Notes under the pieces: generated by a model | Seen by the model: the letters and a program-made list of their open reading frames with translations, nothing else | The model's database searches: none | What the model was told of the DNA's origin: nothing | Translations under genes and position numbers: made by a program | Virus record (IMG/VR): IMGVR_UViG_3300024339_000005 | DNA from: a virus | DNA length: 64,000 nt | Strand: one strand, 5' to 3' | In this document: piece by piece, positions 48,601 to 58,179 of the stretch | Layout: the number at the start of each line of letters is the position of its first letter | How positions within the stretch are numbered: the first letter of the stretch is position 1

Positions 48601-51600
48601 GCAATAGGTGTTACATCAAGACGGGCATCATTAGGCTGAAGCACGATATTGGTCGAGTTGCTTGAGTCATAATCGAGTTCGTTGTTGTATAAAGAAAACT
48701 GAGGTCTTGCAGATTGTTCTTTCTCGTCTATTGCGATTTTGTAATCTGTGTTGGTTACATCACCTTGACCATGCCCAGTAAATGGGTCTACGAACATACC
48801 ATTCTTGAATCTGTCTACGCCAGAACCATCAAGAATTTGAAGTTCGCCAGTATCTTTTTCCAGTAGTGATAGAGAGGTGTAATATTCAAGGTTGTTGATA
48901 CGCTGTTCAAGAACAGAAATATCTTTCATTGTGAAACGTCTGTTATCCATTTGACGAATGGTAGACGATAGTTCTGATCTACCAATGTCACGGGCCACGT
49001 TAGGAGCCAGTGAAGGATAAGGTGGAATAGTAACAACAGCCAGAGACATAGCGGAGTCAATATCTTCCGGTGTCTTAGGCGTTAATGATGGTGCGCCTTT
49101 AAGGACTTTGAATGTTCCCTCAAGGTCAAGAACAACTTTGTCTTTACGACCAAGATAATACTCAAGGTCAAATGTCATGTTCTCGTTCGGTGCTGACATA
49201 TGCACACCAGCAGAAGTAACCTGAAATACGGATGAATTGGCTGGGTTCGTTGTTACAGTGCCAAATGTTGTTGTGCTTATGGCTGTGTTGGCGCGGAACG
49301 GTCGTATATCAATGGAATCCCTCAAATCAAACTGAGCACCAGTTGTTGGTGAAGTGAAGATAGGAATTTCTTTGGTCGTGATTGCGGTCGTGTCAGCCGT
49401 GTTCGCATCATTGATAGGATACGAGTCAACGGAAAGGTAACCGATACCCGATGAGGTATCATGGGTGAAGTGATCCAATTTGATAAGGATATAGTCACCG
49501 GAGGTGATTGTCAGAGTCGATGATGCTTTTTGTTCAAGCAAGGCATGGTCATAATAGTTATCTTTTTGGCCCGTGTCTAATTCGAAATGCGTAGTAACGT
49601 CTGTACCTTCACCGACCGCAGTAAAGGCTGTTGCTTTCTTACGGACTTCAGTGATTTGGTAAACATCAGATAGGCCTAGACCCCAAGGACCAGCAGTTGT
49701 TTCGCTGTGGGTGTCGGTGCGGATCATGACATAACGAGCCTGGTTGCTTGTCTTAGCAATCTCTTGACCGTCAGTCTTTTGAAGTTTCGCTTGGACAGAT
49801 ACCGTAGATGTTCCGGTCAAAGTTTGTAGTACAGTGAACGCCGAACTGGGTGACGAACCGACAATTCCTCGGGTTCCACCTGTAGTGACGCCTGACATAT
49901 CAAGGATGGTTCCAGATTCTAGCCACTTTGTATATGTGTTAGAAGAAAGGTTACCAGGTGCTGTTGTAATAGTCAAAGAAGTTTGGGTTGGGATACCATC
50001 AATGATATATGGACCGTTTCCACCAAGCTTGATTTGGTCACCAACATCAAATTCAGTTTGGAAAGCAGTGCCTATACCAGTCACGGTGCTTGTTGTCAAT
50101 GATGCTGTACCAGTCAGAGCGGTTGTCTCTGCGTTGCTTTTCATTGACACAACGAAACCATCTAGTTTTTGTGTGGCGTTCAAGGCGCCTGTTGCGGCAT
50201 ACACCTCATCGGCTTCACCAGTTGCAACAGCAAATGTGCCGTCTGTCGCCATCGTTACTTCAAAGTCTTTAAGGAATTGGAAGGTGTTATCGATCGAGCC
50301 AGTTGAGTCACGCAGGCGTTTTGTGTAACTTTGTGGAATGGCAAAGACGCTGGTATTGAAACCAGTTTCTTTCAAGACAGCCAAGGATGATTCCAAAACG
50401 GGATCACCGAAAGCATCTGCACCCGAGGAGTTGTCCAGATATATACTTCTCACGGCGCCAAATGTGCCAGAAGTCATCTGAATATCAAAGAGATATAAAC
50501 GATAAACACAAGCCGCATCACCAGGGTCACCTGATTCGTAAACTACAGCCCGGATGTAAGCAGTACCTACTTCAGAGCCAGGAGCCGCTGTAATACCGTA
50601 TGTACCAGATGTAACAGAATCTGCCGCTGTGTCTCTCAAGGAAACGGAAGGGATACCATCAGTATTCCAGATACCCGACATTTCATTGACAAGAACATAG
50701 TTACCATAGTTGGCTGGAATTGGTTGTGCTTCAACCTCAAGAGCATCGGTGCCCTTATCAGTTTCAAGATAGGTAGTTACCAGAGTTTCGTATTCAAAGC
50801 CGTGTACGAATGCTTTACCGGCTTCAACACCGATGGCTAATTTGTTTACGTCACCAGAGTTAGCCAGTGTTAGATAACCAAGGTTTGTGCCATCATTCAA
50901 GTGTTCACGAACACGAATTGGCATTGGTTGTACGGTGTAGTTGCCCGACTCGTCAAATGTACGACGAGCGAATTCTTTGCGTAGTTCCGCATATTGAGTA
51001 CGGTCACCACGGGCTTTCACAACACCAGCATCAATCTGCATCAATTCATAGAAGTCGGTAAGGTCGGTTGTGTTCAAAGATTTCGTAGCCAGTGTGGCTA
51101 CCATCTTGAAACGGTCAGCACCAGGGGCCGCAAAGTTGAATGAACCCTGTGCAGGATCTAACAGAGTGGCGTCTGAGGTAGAATCTACGGTAGATTCCGT
51201 AATTGTGTAACCGATTTTGTATGACGGTGTCGGTGTGTATTTGTCGAGGGTAACAGTCTGCTTAGAAACACGAATGAAGTTTCCTTTGGCATAGATGATA
51301 CCGGCGTCAATAGTAACAGCCGAACCAAGACCAGCCTGTGTTGTTGTGTTTACGACGTTGGCGTTTAGACCTGAGTTAGAGGTCAATACTTCATTAGCCG
51401 AAAATAGTTGTGAGGTATTGTTAGAACCAGAAGAGGTATATTTGACGAACAGAGTATTGTATTCAGGTGCACCAACTTCTGTACCTGCAGCATAACCAAC
51501 AACTTGTGCGGTTACACCACTTGTATTACCAGTGATTGTCGTACCATCGAATAAAGAAGCATCAACAGTACCGCCGCCGTGGTTATCATCGCGCAAATGA

Positions 51601-51830
51601 ACGTAGTTGTATTCGAGGTCGAGTGATAGTTCACAACCAGCAACAATCGTGCCTTCTTTAAAAACGTGGGTACCATGCTTCGCAATCTGGTCCTGTAGAT
51701 AGGATTGAATCTGCGTTAGTTCACGGGCTTGTACCGCGAAACCTGGACGGAACAGAATTCGATGAAAATCGTTGTCTTCATCAAAATCGTCGTAGTACGG
51801 GTCCACATTTAAGTCGGTGGTTAAAGTCAT
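45627..51830 (-). CDS. large baseplate/virion structural protein (DUF4815, VrlC-like)
   Basis: PYYDDF...LFRPGFAVQARELTQIQ, APGADR, RRTFDESG, LEYYTSLSLLE, DPLAQSF. Confidence 0.88.
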   Translation of the reverse strand: MTLTTDLNVDPYYDDFDEDNDFHRILFRPGFAVQARELTQIQSYLQDQIAKHGTHVFKEGTIVAGCELSLDLEYNYVHLRDDNHGGGTVDASLFDGTTITGNTSGVTAQVVGYAAGTEVGAPEYNTLFVKYTSSGSNNTSQLFSANEVLTSNSGLNANVVNTTTQAGLGSAVTIDAGIIYAKGNFIRVSKQTVTLDKYTPTPSYKIGYTITESTVDSTSDATLLDPAQGSFNFAAPGADRFKMVATLATKSLNTTDLTDFYELMQIDAGVVKARGDRTQYAELRKEFARRTFDESGNYTVQPMPIRVREHLNDGTNLGYLTLANSGDVNKLAIGVEAGKAFVHGFEYETLVTTYLETDKGTDALEVEAQPIPANYGNYVLVNEMSGIWNTDGIPSVSLRDTAADSVTSGTYGITAAPGSEVGTAYIRAVVYESGDPGDAACVYRLYLFDIQMTSGTFGAVRSIYLDNSSGADAFGDPVLESSLAVLKETGFNTSVFAIPQSYTKRLRDSTGSIDNTFQFLKDFEVTMATDGTFAVATGEADEVYAATGALNATQKLDGFVVSMKSNAETTALTGTASLTTSTVTGIGTAFQTEFDVGDQIKLGGNGPYIIDGIPTQTSLTITTAPGNLSSNTYTKWLESGTILDMSGVTTGGTRGIVGSSPSSAFTVLQTLTGTSTVSVQAKLQKTDGQEIAKTSNQARYVMIRTDTHSETTAGPWGLGLSDVYQITEVRKKATAFTAVGEGTDVTTHFELDTGQKDNYYDHALLEQKASSTLTITSGDYILIKLDHFTHDTSSGIGYLSVDSYPINDANTADTTAITTKEIPIFTSPTTGAQFDLRDSIDIRPFRANTAISTTTFGTVTTNPANSSVFQVTSAGVHMSAPNENMTFDLEYYLGRKDKVVLDLEGTFKVLKGAPSLTPKTPEDIDSAMSLAVVTIPPYPSLAPNVARDIGRSELSSTIRQMDNRRFTMKDISVLEQRINNLEYYTSLSLLEKDTGELQILDGSGVDRFKNGMFVDPFTGHGQGDVTNTDYKIAIDEKEQSARPQFSLYNNELDYDSSNSTNIVLQPNDARLDVTPIAGTFTIREDVYQGANLGAATAQGKIVHDNTDRLYIEITSGTWAVSTTATGDSSGATATVTAIQLPTDGELLTLPYTHSVQVHQPFASKTRNAVGELLFHWVGTMTLNPDQDNWTDTSQKPDVQVNFDGNMDAWETLSNAWGTQWNDWQTNWTGSSTSSETADVGVNRITFAGGGQGSIFGRTETTRTTTTTQRQSRTGIQLNVRPGTQTQSIGPKVVDVSVIPFMRSRVIQVTAESLKPNTRVYAFFDDEDVSAYCASVSAFTEALLTAPSYGSSMVTDANGQLLMVFRIPNDSTLQFRTGLKSLKLTDSPLNVDSDVSTSAVANYNATGLLQTTEDTIISTRTPDVSIGTVGDTRRTSDVSVVTTSGERFVGRTPAATVTNVTNVSNVTNVTRATTNVTVVNVEQQNAINRFNRDATGFDGPGNGPPDPLAQSFYVRQPGGLFVSKIDIYFQTKSTTLPITIEIREMINGLPGPKVVPFGSKTLYPAAINISTTAAKVTPFHFDSPVYLRSEQEYVMVLKPAGNSPDYNVWVSELGEFDIFDTTIRITKQPAAGVLFTSANDRTWTQHQSEDLKFTIHRAAFDETATGSVRLTNEASEFFQLSAANTVNVGEVIHGEPKITVTYTAGVANVGDVVTGATSGANGTITAVSGAGPYIISVKDVPTGTKFSSTENITTSLGGIFDVSSQSTPQGVIKYYDPNDSADIKLHLGSTPSVAVSGDFIVGENLRGQTSGKDVLITAMDNIVLDTMNPQIQALKFNGTETTWSIKTTNTSDVIDVTGTAIEVNENYDLTAEKRILGQTAESGTKSYQLTGTLTTTTNVLSPAIDTKRISNISVENKINNVSTGETGAAGSALAKYISRQITLDDGQDAEDMKVYLTAYNPALATIEVYYKIQNGEDGGAFKDKAWVEMTQVTSTTTVSDSELKSDWKEFEYAIPTANLTGSSSEVQYVADSITYTGYLTFAIKVVLLSSDTSQVPRIKDLRTLAIQV

Positions 51831-51860
51831 TCGCTATACTTTCGTGTCTTCATTCATGTA

Positions 51861-51868
51861 TATTTATA
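51861..51868 (-). promoter_or_regulatory. T4-type late promoter
   Basis: TATAAATA overlapping the endonuclease stop codon. Confidence 0.75.
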
Positions 51869-52607
51869 ATACTTGGACAAAATAGCCTTTGTATTGTTTT
51901 AGTTTACCACTGGCAACCGAGGACATATTACCAGCATGTAGATTATTTTCTTTACAATATTTCGACATATTCTCTATTATTTCTTCTGTACCATCGGGGT
52001 GTGTGAGTAACCATTTTTTAGTGTTCCTCACGATACCCATTTTACTTTCGCTTAATTTCTTCTTCGATATTGCTGACATAGGAACACCTTTGTTTGGCGC
52101 AGGTCTTCCTGTAGCCTTTTCACTCATTTTCTTCTTTGTTTCATCACTATGTTTTTTACCGTATAGTGGATGATTAATACCAGCGGTTTTACCCCTACGG
52201 TTTCGCCTCATCTTCTCTATGGCTTCGGCACTATGTTTCCTACCGAACATTGGATTTAAATCACCAGAACGGTCTTTACCCCTCCAATGATTATTATCAC
52301 TCATTTTCTTCTTTGTTTCATCACTATGTATGAATAGTCCAGAACCACCTTTATTCATGTTATAGCCATTATCAAAACTGTCGTATTTTTCAACATAAAA
52401 CTTTTCCAGCGCGGTCGCTTCTTCAATAGTTTCTACCGAATCAATTTCTTCTATGGAGAAATTATGGGTCCCTAAAGAAATCATTGCCTCATGTAAATCA
52501 TAACCACTTTTCTTATGTTCATCAAAGCGCCCCTCAATTGTATTCTTAGTAAGCCCGATATAGTTCTTGTCGTTTTTAATGTTCGTTATTCTGTAAATAT
52601 GATACAT
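51864..52607 (-). CDS. GIY-YIG homing endonuclease with NUMOD3 repeats
   Basis: HIYRITN...YIGLT, GYNMNKGG, repeated HSDETKKKMS, NPMFGRKHS. Confidence 0.92.
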   Translation of the reverse strand: MYHIYRITNIKNDKNYIGLTKNTIEGRFDEHKKSGYDLHEAMISLGTHNFSIEEIDSVETIEEATALEKFYVEKYDSFDNGYNMNKGGSGLFIHSDETKKKMSDNNHWRGKDRSGDLNPMFGRKHSAEAIEKMRRNRRGKTAGINHPLYGKKHSDETKKKMSEKATGRPAPNKGVPMSAISKKKLSESKMGIVRNTKKWLLTHPDGTEEIIENMSKYCKENNLHAGNMSSVASGKLKQYKGYFVQVL

Positions 52608-52638
52608 GATAATTCCTTTGTTGTATCATGTATTTATA
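52602..52638 (-). promoter_or_regulatory. late promoter with start-codon-sequestering hairpin
   Basis: TATAAATA 52638-52631; perfect 10-bp inverted repeat 52602-52611 / 52624-52633 with AAGGA in the loop. Confidence 0.8.
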
Positions 52639-52668
52639 AGAATTTAGAATTGTATAACGCTTTTGACA

Positions 52669-54183
52669 TCAAAAACGGATTACGAGCTTCACATCCTCGA
52701 TCTGGTCAGCCGCACGACTAACAGGTGACCGATGTTCAACGTACATAATATCGCCTGAGAAATCTAACAGAGGTCCGTTGTTCGCAACAGAAACCGTTGC
52801 TGTCGCACCAGAGTCTGTACCGGTAAGGGTCTCTGCTACTGTAAATAGCCCATCAGTTTGTGTCGCATTGACCAGTGTCGTATTCGCTTGAACCACATAG
52901 CCTGTGGTGGTCGATGTTCCACCTGTTACGATTTCATCATTTGTGAATGTACCGGAGATACCAGTAATAGTCAAAGCAGTTGATTGGTCGTATGATGAGG
53001 CTGTTGCAGAAGAACCGTTAGCCAGTAGTGGGTCGCGCAACAAACCAATAACTCGGAAGTCATTACCTGTTGTGAATGTACCTGATTCACCCTTATCGAA
53101 TTTGGTGTTCAAGAGAACATTGTAACCCATCAATTCTTGAGCGGCATCAGCACCGTGACCGCTTGGTGGTCCAACATATGCAGAACCAGTCACACCAGAT
53201 ACACCGTTGCCTGTTACAGCCACAGTTGCTGTTGTGTAACTAGAACCAACCGCAGTAACCGTCATTGAATAGACAGTATTCGAGGTCACGTTCATTGAAG
53301 CAATAGCCGTCGCTAATGTACCATCGCCAGATATAGCGACAGTAGGTGCGATAGAATAAGTTGAGGTGCCATCCAATAGAGTGGTGAAAGCAGTACCCAC
53401 GACCACAGTTTTTGATGAACCTGTATAGCCTGAAATTGTTCGTTGCTGACCAACACCTGTTCCGCCCGTCACATATAGGGTATTGGTGTTGTATAGATTA
53501 TCGACCGGGCTTGCTCCGGCATCAATGACCATCTGTGTTGTGTTAGCAACAGAGACCAATGTACCAGTATTGTAATTATCGAATTGTGTTCCACCGTTTG
53601 TAACTTCAACAACCTCAATAGAACCGTTCACAGCAGCCGCTTGCACATCCCATTGGGTCGTACCGTCGTCGCTTGAAAGAGTCTTTACAGGTATATAATC
53701 CTCTGTCAAAAACTTCACAGCATCAGCAGCCGTCAGGGTATACATGAATTTCCAGATATAACCATCAGCCGTTGTTATCGCTGTTGTGCTTGTGCCAGTT
53801 GGCTTTGTGGTTGACGTTGCACCGTTGTCATTGAACAGGCATTTATAGACATTGAAATCTTCAGTAAGAACAAAGAAATCAGCCGTATTCAAGTCAGCCG
53901 TATGCGAGTATTCGGTATATACGGTACCTGTTGTCCAATCAACACGACGGGCTACAAGAGAGAGGTCAGTAGATTGAACTCGCTTGGCGCTCATCATATC
54001 GCGCCAGTGTTCAAACTCGGTGTTTGCTGTTGCGTCGATAGGAGTTGGTGGGTTGTTGTCGTCAGTCCATGACCGTGTGCGCCCTATAAACATATAGAGA
54101 TATGAAGGCGCCGCTTCGCCAAGGGCTTCCTTGAACTGGTCGGCGTTATAGACTCTAAATTTAGAGGTGACTAATGATGGCAT
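52669..54183 (-). CDS. gp8: baseplate wedge subunit
   Basis: YMFIGR, FNVYKCLFN, DGYIWKFMY, GHGADA..EL, NDFRVIGLLRDP, QIEDVKLVIRF. Confidence 0.93.
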   Translation of the reverse strand: MPSLVTSKFRVYNADQFKEALGEAAPSYLYMFIGRTRSWTDDNNPPTPIDATANTEFEHWRDMMSAKRVQSTDLSLVARRVDWTTGTVYTEYSHTADLNTADFFVLTEDFNVYKCLFNDNGATSTTKPTGTSTTAITTADGYIWKFMYTLTAADAVKFLTEDYIPVKTLSSDDGTTQWDVQAAAVNGSIEVVEVTNGGTQFDNYNTGTLVSVANTTQMVIDAGASPVDNLYNTNTLYVTGGTGVGQQRTISGYTGSSKTVVVGTAFTTLLDGTSTYSIAPTVAISGDGTLATAIASMNVTSNTVYSMTVTAVGSSYTTATVAVTGNGVSGVTGSAYVGPPSGHGADAAQELMGYNVLLNTKFDKGESGTFTTGNDFRVIGLLRDPLLANGSSATASSYDQSTALTITGISGTFTNDEIVTGGTSTTTGYVVQANTTLVNATQTDGLFTVAETLTGTDSGATATVSVANNGPLLDFSGDIMYVEHRSPVSRAADQIEDVKLVIRF

Positions 54184-54194
54184 GGTTTGTTACC

Positions 54195-54398
54195 TTATTC
54201 GTTTAGCAATTCAGGACTGTCTGTGCCTGTTTCTTCTGTCTGTGTTTCGGTTGACCCGCGCTTAGCCAATTCATTGTTGATAGCGTTGGAAACGTCAACG
54301 TATGCTGGTACTTCTGCACCCTTGAGGTCAACACGACCTAGAAAGACTGCGGTGTTTTTTAGTTGTTCGTCTGTAAACATCAATTGATTCCTTTTCAT
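54195..54398 (-). CDS. hypothetical protein
   Basis: FLGRVDLKGAEVPAY motif; late promoter at 54421-54414. Confidence 0.6.
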   Translation of the reverse strand: MKRNQLMFTDEQLKNTAVFLGRVDLKGAEVPAYVDVSNAINNELAKRGSTETQTEETGTDSPELLNE

Positions 54399-54425
54399 AA
54401 TGTTTGGTCGTTGTATTTATAAGCG

Positions 54426-54779
54426 TTATACGGCTACAATCGTTCTATCACTTACCCGACGCCAATTGGTGCCATCAGAGAAAGCCATTGTTGCACCACC
54501 GGCATCGTCGGTGACATATATCAACCCCGCAGCAACAGCCGCAGATGGTACTGTACCCACTGTATATGAGGTGACAAAAACAATATCACCTGTGATATTA
54601 CCAGTCGTCACGATATTCTGAGTACCCGAAGCGCGGAGTAACGGCACACCACCGAGGGTCACGCCGTCATGAACAACAGCCGTGATCTTCGTTGTATCAA
54701 CGGTAATTTCACCAGATGCACCTGTAAAGGTAGAATGCTGTCCAGTAGTACCGCGTCTGAATTTTGTCTCTGTTGCCAT
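54426..54779 (-). CDS. small virion protein with Mtd N-terminal-like domain
   Basis: KFRRGTTGQHSTFTGASGEITVDT...VHDGVTLGG; late promoter at 54815-54808. Confidence 0.75.
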   Translation of the reverse strand: MATETKFRRGTTGQHSTFTGASGEITVDTTKITAVVHDGVTLGGVPLLRASGTQNIVTTGNITGDIVFVTSYTVGTVPSAAVAAGLIYVTDDAGGATMAFSDGTNWRRVSDRTIVAV

Positions 54780-54937
54780 TGAATATTATCTCCGAATATC
54801 TTTCTTCTATTTATAAGTCTTAGACTGTACCGTAATATGAATTCGATGTTACAACCGAAACGATAAGGCCATAATCGCTGTTCGCTGTGATTGACTGAGT
54901 AATCAAGTTTCAATCAATCTGGGTATCACCAGGTAAG

Positions 54938-56386
54938 TCACGATAAGTCACGATAATCATTGTAGACCATAGGTGCTTGTGTCAGTGAACCCCAATCAAG
55001 TGACAGGGTAGACACAACAGCAACAGAACCCCAATCCAATGCGCTTTCATTGGTCAATATAGCAGAGCGTTTGTGAACTGTACCAGCCGCAAGAATACCC
55101 GAATAGACGTTGTTTACATCAATGAAGGTATCGCCACCGATAGCATCAACAAGGAAGCCTTGGTCTGGATTTGTTTCTGTTGGGTCAACAACAATAATGA
55201 AGTCACCGATTTCAAGTTCTGTTGTGAACAGAGTACCTGTACCGATGAACGACGAACCGTTACCGATCTCACTAATAGGAATACTGGCGTACAATGAGAT
55301 AAGGTCAGATTCATAGAATTCAATGGTCGAGTTACCAGATGGTGTCACGGTTCCTGTAAGCGTTGACGAGCTGGTTGTCTCTGTTACGCCATATTGAGGT
55401 ACATCATAAGGAGTTGACCACGTATCGGCTTCAACCGTGATTGTAATTTCACTGTTAGCAAATAGGTTGTTCGCAATCAAGTCTGAGATCGCAACCATTT
55501 CTGGCTCAAGGTTATTGGTTAGTTCCAGAGTCGTTGTAGACGAGAGGTCAAGGTCGTCAATAAAGGCAATCTGCCCAAACATCGCTGTACCTGAAGGGTG
55601 GACAATGCGCTGCAATATGTCTCGGTAGCGTTCGACATACTGTGTCGTTTTCAGAACATATGAATATTCCTGGTAATAGTAGTTATCCTGTAGGTACTTG
55701 TTAGATGATAGAAAGCCATCAGTACCCACGAACAAACCATCAGAAGAACTAACAACATCAACAACAAAGGTCAGTCCAGAGGTAGATGTAACGACTTCTT
55801 CGGCCACGAACGTACCAAGTTTTGGCGAGACATAGAACGTATAGGTGGGTGCACCTGCGCTGTACGTCTTCAATACTTGTTCAACAACACCAGAAGCACC
55901 TGAGCTACCACCTGTTATCTGAAAACCCTCAGCCGCGAACAATTCATCAGAGCCATTGTAACCAAGTGCGGTCAGTGTGGTCTTGATGGTCCATTTACCA
56001 TCTGAAGCGCGGAGTATGTCAGTACCAGGGTAATAGAATTCTACGCTGTCATCATAGAGAATGCGGAACATAAGTTCAAAAGATTTTTCAGAACCCCTCG
56101 CACGATAGAAAGATGAAACATTCTTCAGTAGGTTAGGTGTGTTGGCTAAGTGCGACCGAGGTATGTTGGGTAGAAAGTCAGCCTCAAAGTATTCAAGATA
56201 TGCATCAAGTGTATTGTCAACGTCGTGGTATGACAACAGGTTCTGGTTAGCGTCAATAGCATTACCCGTTTGCTCCATCCATTCATAATAGGCTTCCATA
56301 AAAGCCACGAACATAGGACCATCAGTGCGAATGAATTCGGGAAATTGCTGTTCAACCAGCGTTGATATCTTGTTTACAGTCGTCAT
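54938..56386 (-). CDS. gp7: baseplate wedge initiator
   Basis: QFPEFI, FMEAYYEW, FYRARGSEKS, LQDNYYYQEYSYVLK, VHPSG; lies between gp6 and gp8. Confidence 0.8.
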   Translation of the reverse strand: MTTVNKISTLVEQQFPEFIRTDGPMFVAFMEAYYEWMEQTGNAIDANQNLLSYHDVDNTLDAYLEYFEADFLPNIPRSHLANTPNLLKNVSSFYRARGSEKSFELMFRILYDDSVEFYYPGTDILRASDGKWTIKTTLTALGYNGSDELFAAEGFQITGGSSGASGVVEQVLKTYSAGAPTYTFYVSPKLGTFVAEEVVTSTSGLTFVVDVVSSSDGLFVGTDGFLSSNKYLQDNYYYQEYSYVLKTTQYVERYRDILQRIVHPSGTAMFGQIAFIDDLDLSSTTTLELTNNLEPEMVAISDLIANNLFANSEITITVEADTWSTPYDVPQYGVTETTSSSTLTGTVTPSGNSTIEFYESDLISLYASIPISEIGNGSSFIGTGTLFTTELEIGDFIIVVDPTETNPDQGFLVDAIGGDTFIDVNNVYSGILAAGTVHKRSAILTNESALDWGSVAVVSTLSLDWGSLTQAPMVYNDYRDLS

Positions 56387-56388
56387 GG

Positions 56389-58179
56389 TTACACGGTACG
56401 ATCTTCAACAGAGGTTATGGTTGTGTCTTTGATATTGATAATTTGAGCAAGTGTCGGTGTTATGTCGTTGTCAGTAGGTGTGATAGAAATTTCCAGTATG
56501 CCTGAATTACCTACAGCCGTAGGGTTGAAAGCATCAAGAGATACAGCACCCGTATCATAATTGACAGTACCTGCAGCAGCCTCAAGAATGACCTTATCAC
56601 CACCATCCCAGCGGTATATCTGAATAATACCAGAACCATCATCTTGTAGAAAAGAGGTGAAGCCAAGGTAAGTGAATGACGTAGACTGAATAACACCAGT
56701 ATGAGCCGTATGAGGATCATGAGTTTCCGTATGTAGAATAGCGTTCTTAAACTGAATGGTGTATGAGGTAGCCACACTCACGGTTGGTGTTATCTCCATC
56801 ATCATTTTCACACTAGACAGGTTACCACGAATAGAGTTATCCGTTGCATCAATGACGGTAGAGAAAGCAGAGAACCTGAACTTGTTACCGAAGTCATCCA
56901 AGGTATCTGTCTGATATGTCGCAATCGAAGCAGCCACTTCACTCTCAATGGTACCTGCGTTCTTTGTTGTCAAGTCTGGGTTCCACCTTATCTCGACAGT
57001 CGGGATAACATAGAGGAATTCAGCATCAACCACGATAGGGTCAATACTCATTACATTGCGAGTCTTCAGTGAGGCTACCAAGATTTCTTTACGGGTGTCT
57101 GAAATGATGGTACCTACCGAGGGATTTACTGCGAGATACACACGGCCGTAAATAGGTGGGTCATTATCTTCACCACCCCATACGTTGACCGAGGTGAAAT
57201 CTGCGTTCTCTGCCATGATAACACGCTCGTAATCACCTTGAGTGACCACACGGTTCTGTCTCTCGTAGTACAGGGGTGCATTAAACTTAACAGCAGCCAC
57301 AGTTTCTAACTCTCGACCACCGGCAGCCGATGTTGTTGTCGCAATCGTCACATCACTATAACCAGCAATGGCAGAGAGGTTAGTGAATGAGGAGGCTCCA
57401 TTACCCTGTGTGGTGTTACAAACGTGGTAGTCAATGATGACCTGATTACCATCTGATAGAGATACGCCGAGGATATCGTCACCGAAGTAGATGCGGAATT
57501 GCTCGTCGTCTGTCTCCTCAAGGAAATAGACTGTTGACTCACCTGTAAGTTGGGTTATGTCGTCTGCAAGGGTGTATGTTGTGATTGTAGAAGAACCTGC
57601 AGATGGCTTGACTGTTATGCCAATACGAGTCGTATCGACATTTTTATTCGGTATGACATATTCAACAGGGCTACCTGTGTCAACGGTATATGTGTGGGTT
57701 AGTGGATAACCTTCAGCTATCGTCACTCCCGTTGCGACATAGGTGTTTGCACCACTCTTAGTTATCAACGTACCTGATGAGGTCGTGAAGGTCAGTGTTA
57801 TGTCATCGACCACAGTGGTCATTTGTGTATTGACAGGAATGGAGATACTGTCAGGTGAATCAGTAGGTACGATGGTGATGGTTACTTCTGCAATAGCACC
57901 GGCGGATGACGATGGTGTGTACCCTAATTCTTGCGCTCTTTCAATCACGTTGTTACGAAGTTGGGCCGACTTCAGGAACGACTCGTTGGCGACCATATTT
58001 GTATAATAAGCGTTGTAATGTGTATTGTAAGCCAGTATGTCCAGTAAGGTACTGATATTAGAACCATCAAAATCATAGTCAGCAAAATTCGATTGTGCCG
58101 CCATAAAGGTCTTCAATGACGCACGAATATTACCAAAATCCAGTTCGGTGACTTGTAGGGCTGAATTAGCTGTGGCCAT
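56389..58179 (-). CDS. gp6: baseplate wedge subunit
   Basis: DYDFDGS, LDILAYNTHY, IYFGDDILG, QNRVVT, WGGEDNDPPIYG. Confidence 0.96.
   Translation of the reverse strand: MATANSALQVTELDFGNIRASLKTFMAAQSNFADYDFDGSNISTLLDILAYNTHYNAYYTNMVANESFLKSAQLRNNVIERAQELGYTPSSSAGAIAEVTITIVPTDSPDSISIPVNTQMTTVVDDITLTFTTSSGTLITKSGANTYVATGVTIAEGYPLTHTYTVDTGSPVEYVIPNKNVDTTRIGITVKPSAGSSTITTYTLADDITQLTGESTVYFLEETDDEQFRIYFGDDILGVSLSDGNQVIIDYHVCNTTQGNGASSFTNLSAIAGYSDVTIATTTSAAGGRELETVAAVKFNAPLYYERQNRVVTQGDYERVIMAENADFTSVNVWGGEDNDPPIYGRVYLAVNPSVGTIISDTRKEILVASLKTRNVMSIDPIVVDAEFLYVIPTVEIRWNPDLTTKNAGTIESEVAASIATYQTDTLDDFGNKFRFSAFSTVIDATDNSIRGNLSSVKMMMEITPTVSVATSYTIQFKNAILHTETHDPHTAHTGVIQSTSFTYLGFTSFLQDDGSGIIQIYRWDGGDKVILEAAAGTVNYDTGAVSLDAFNPTAVGNSGILEISITPTDNDITPTLAQIINIKDTTITSVEDRTV

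Noticed and set aside
54426-54779. Diversity-generating retroelement, suggested by the Mtd N-terminal-like domain
   Set aside because: No reverse transcriptase, no C-type lectin variable region, and no template/variable repeat pair with adenine-specific mismatches seen in the window
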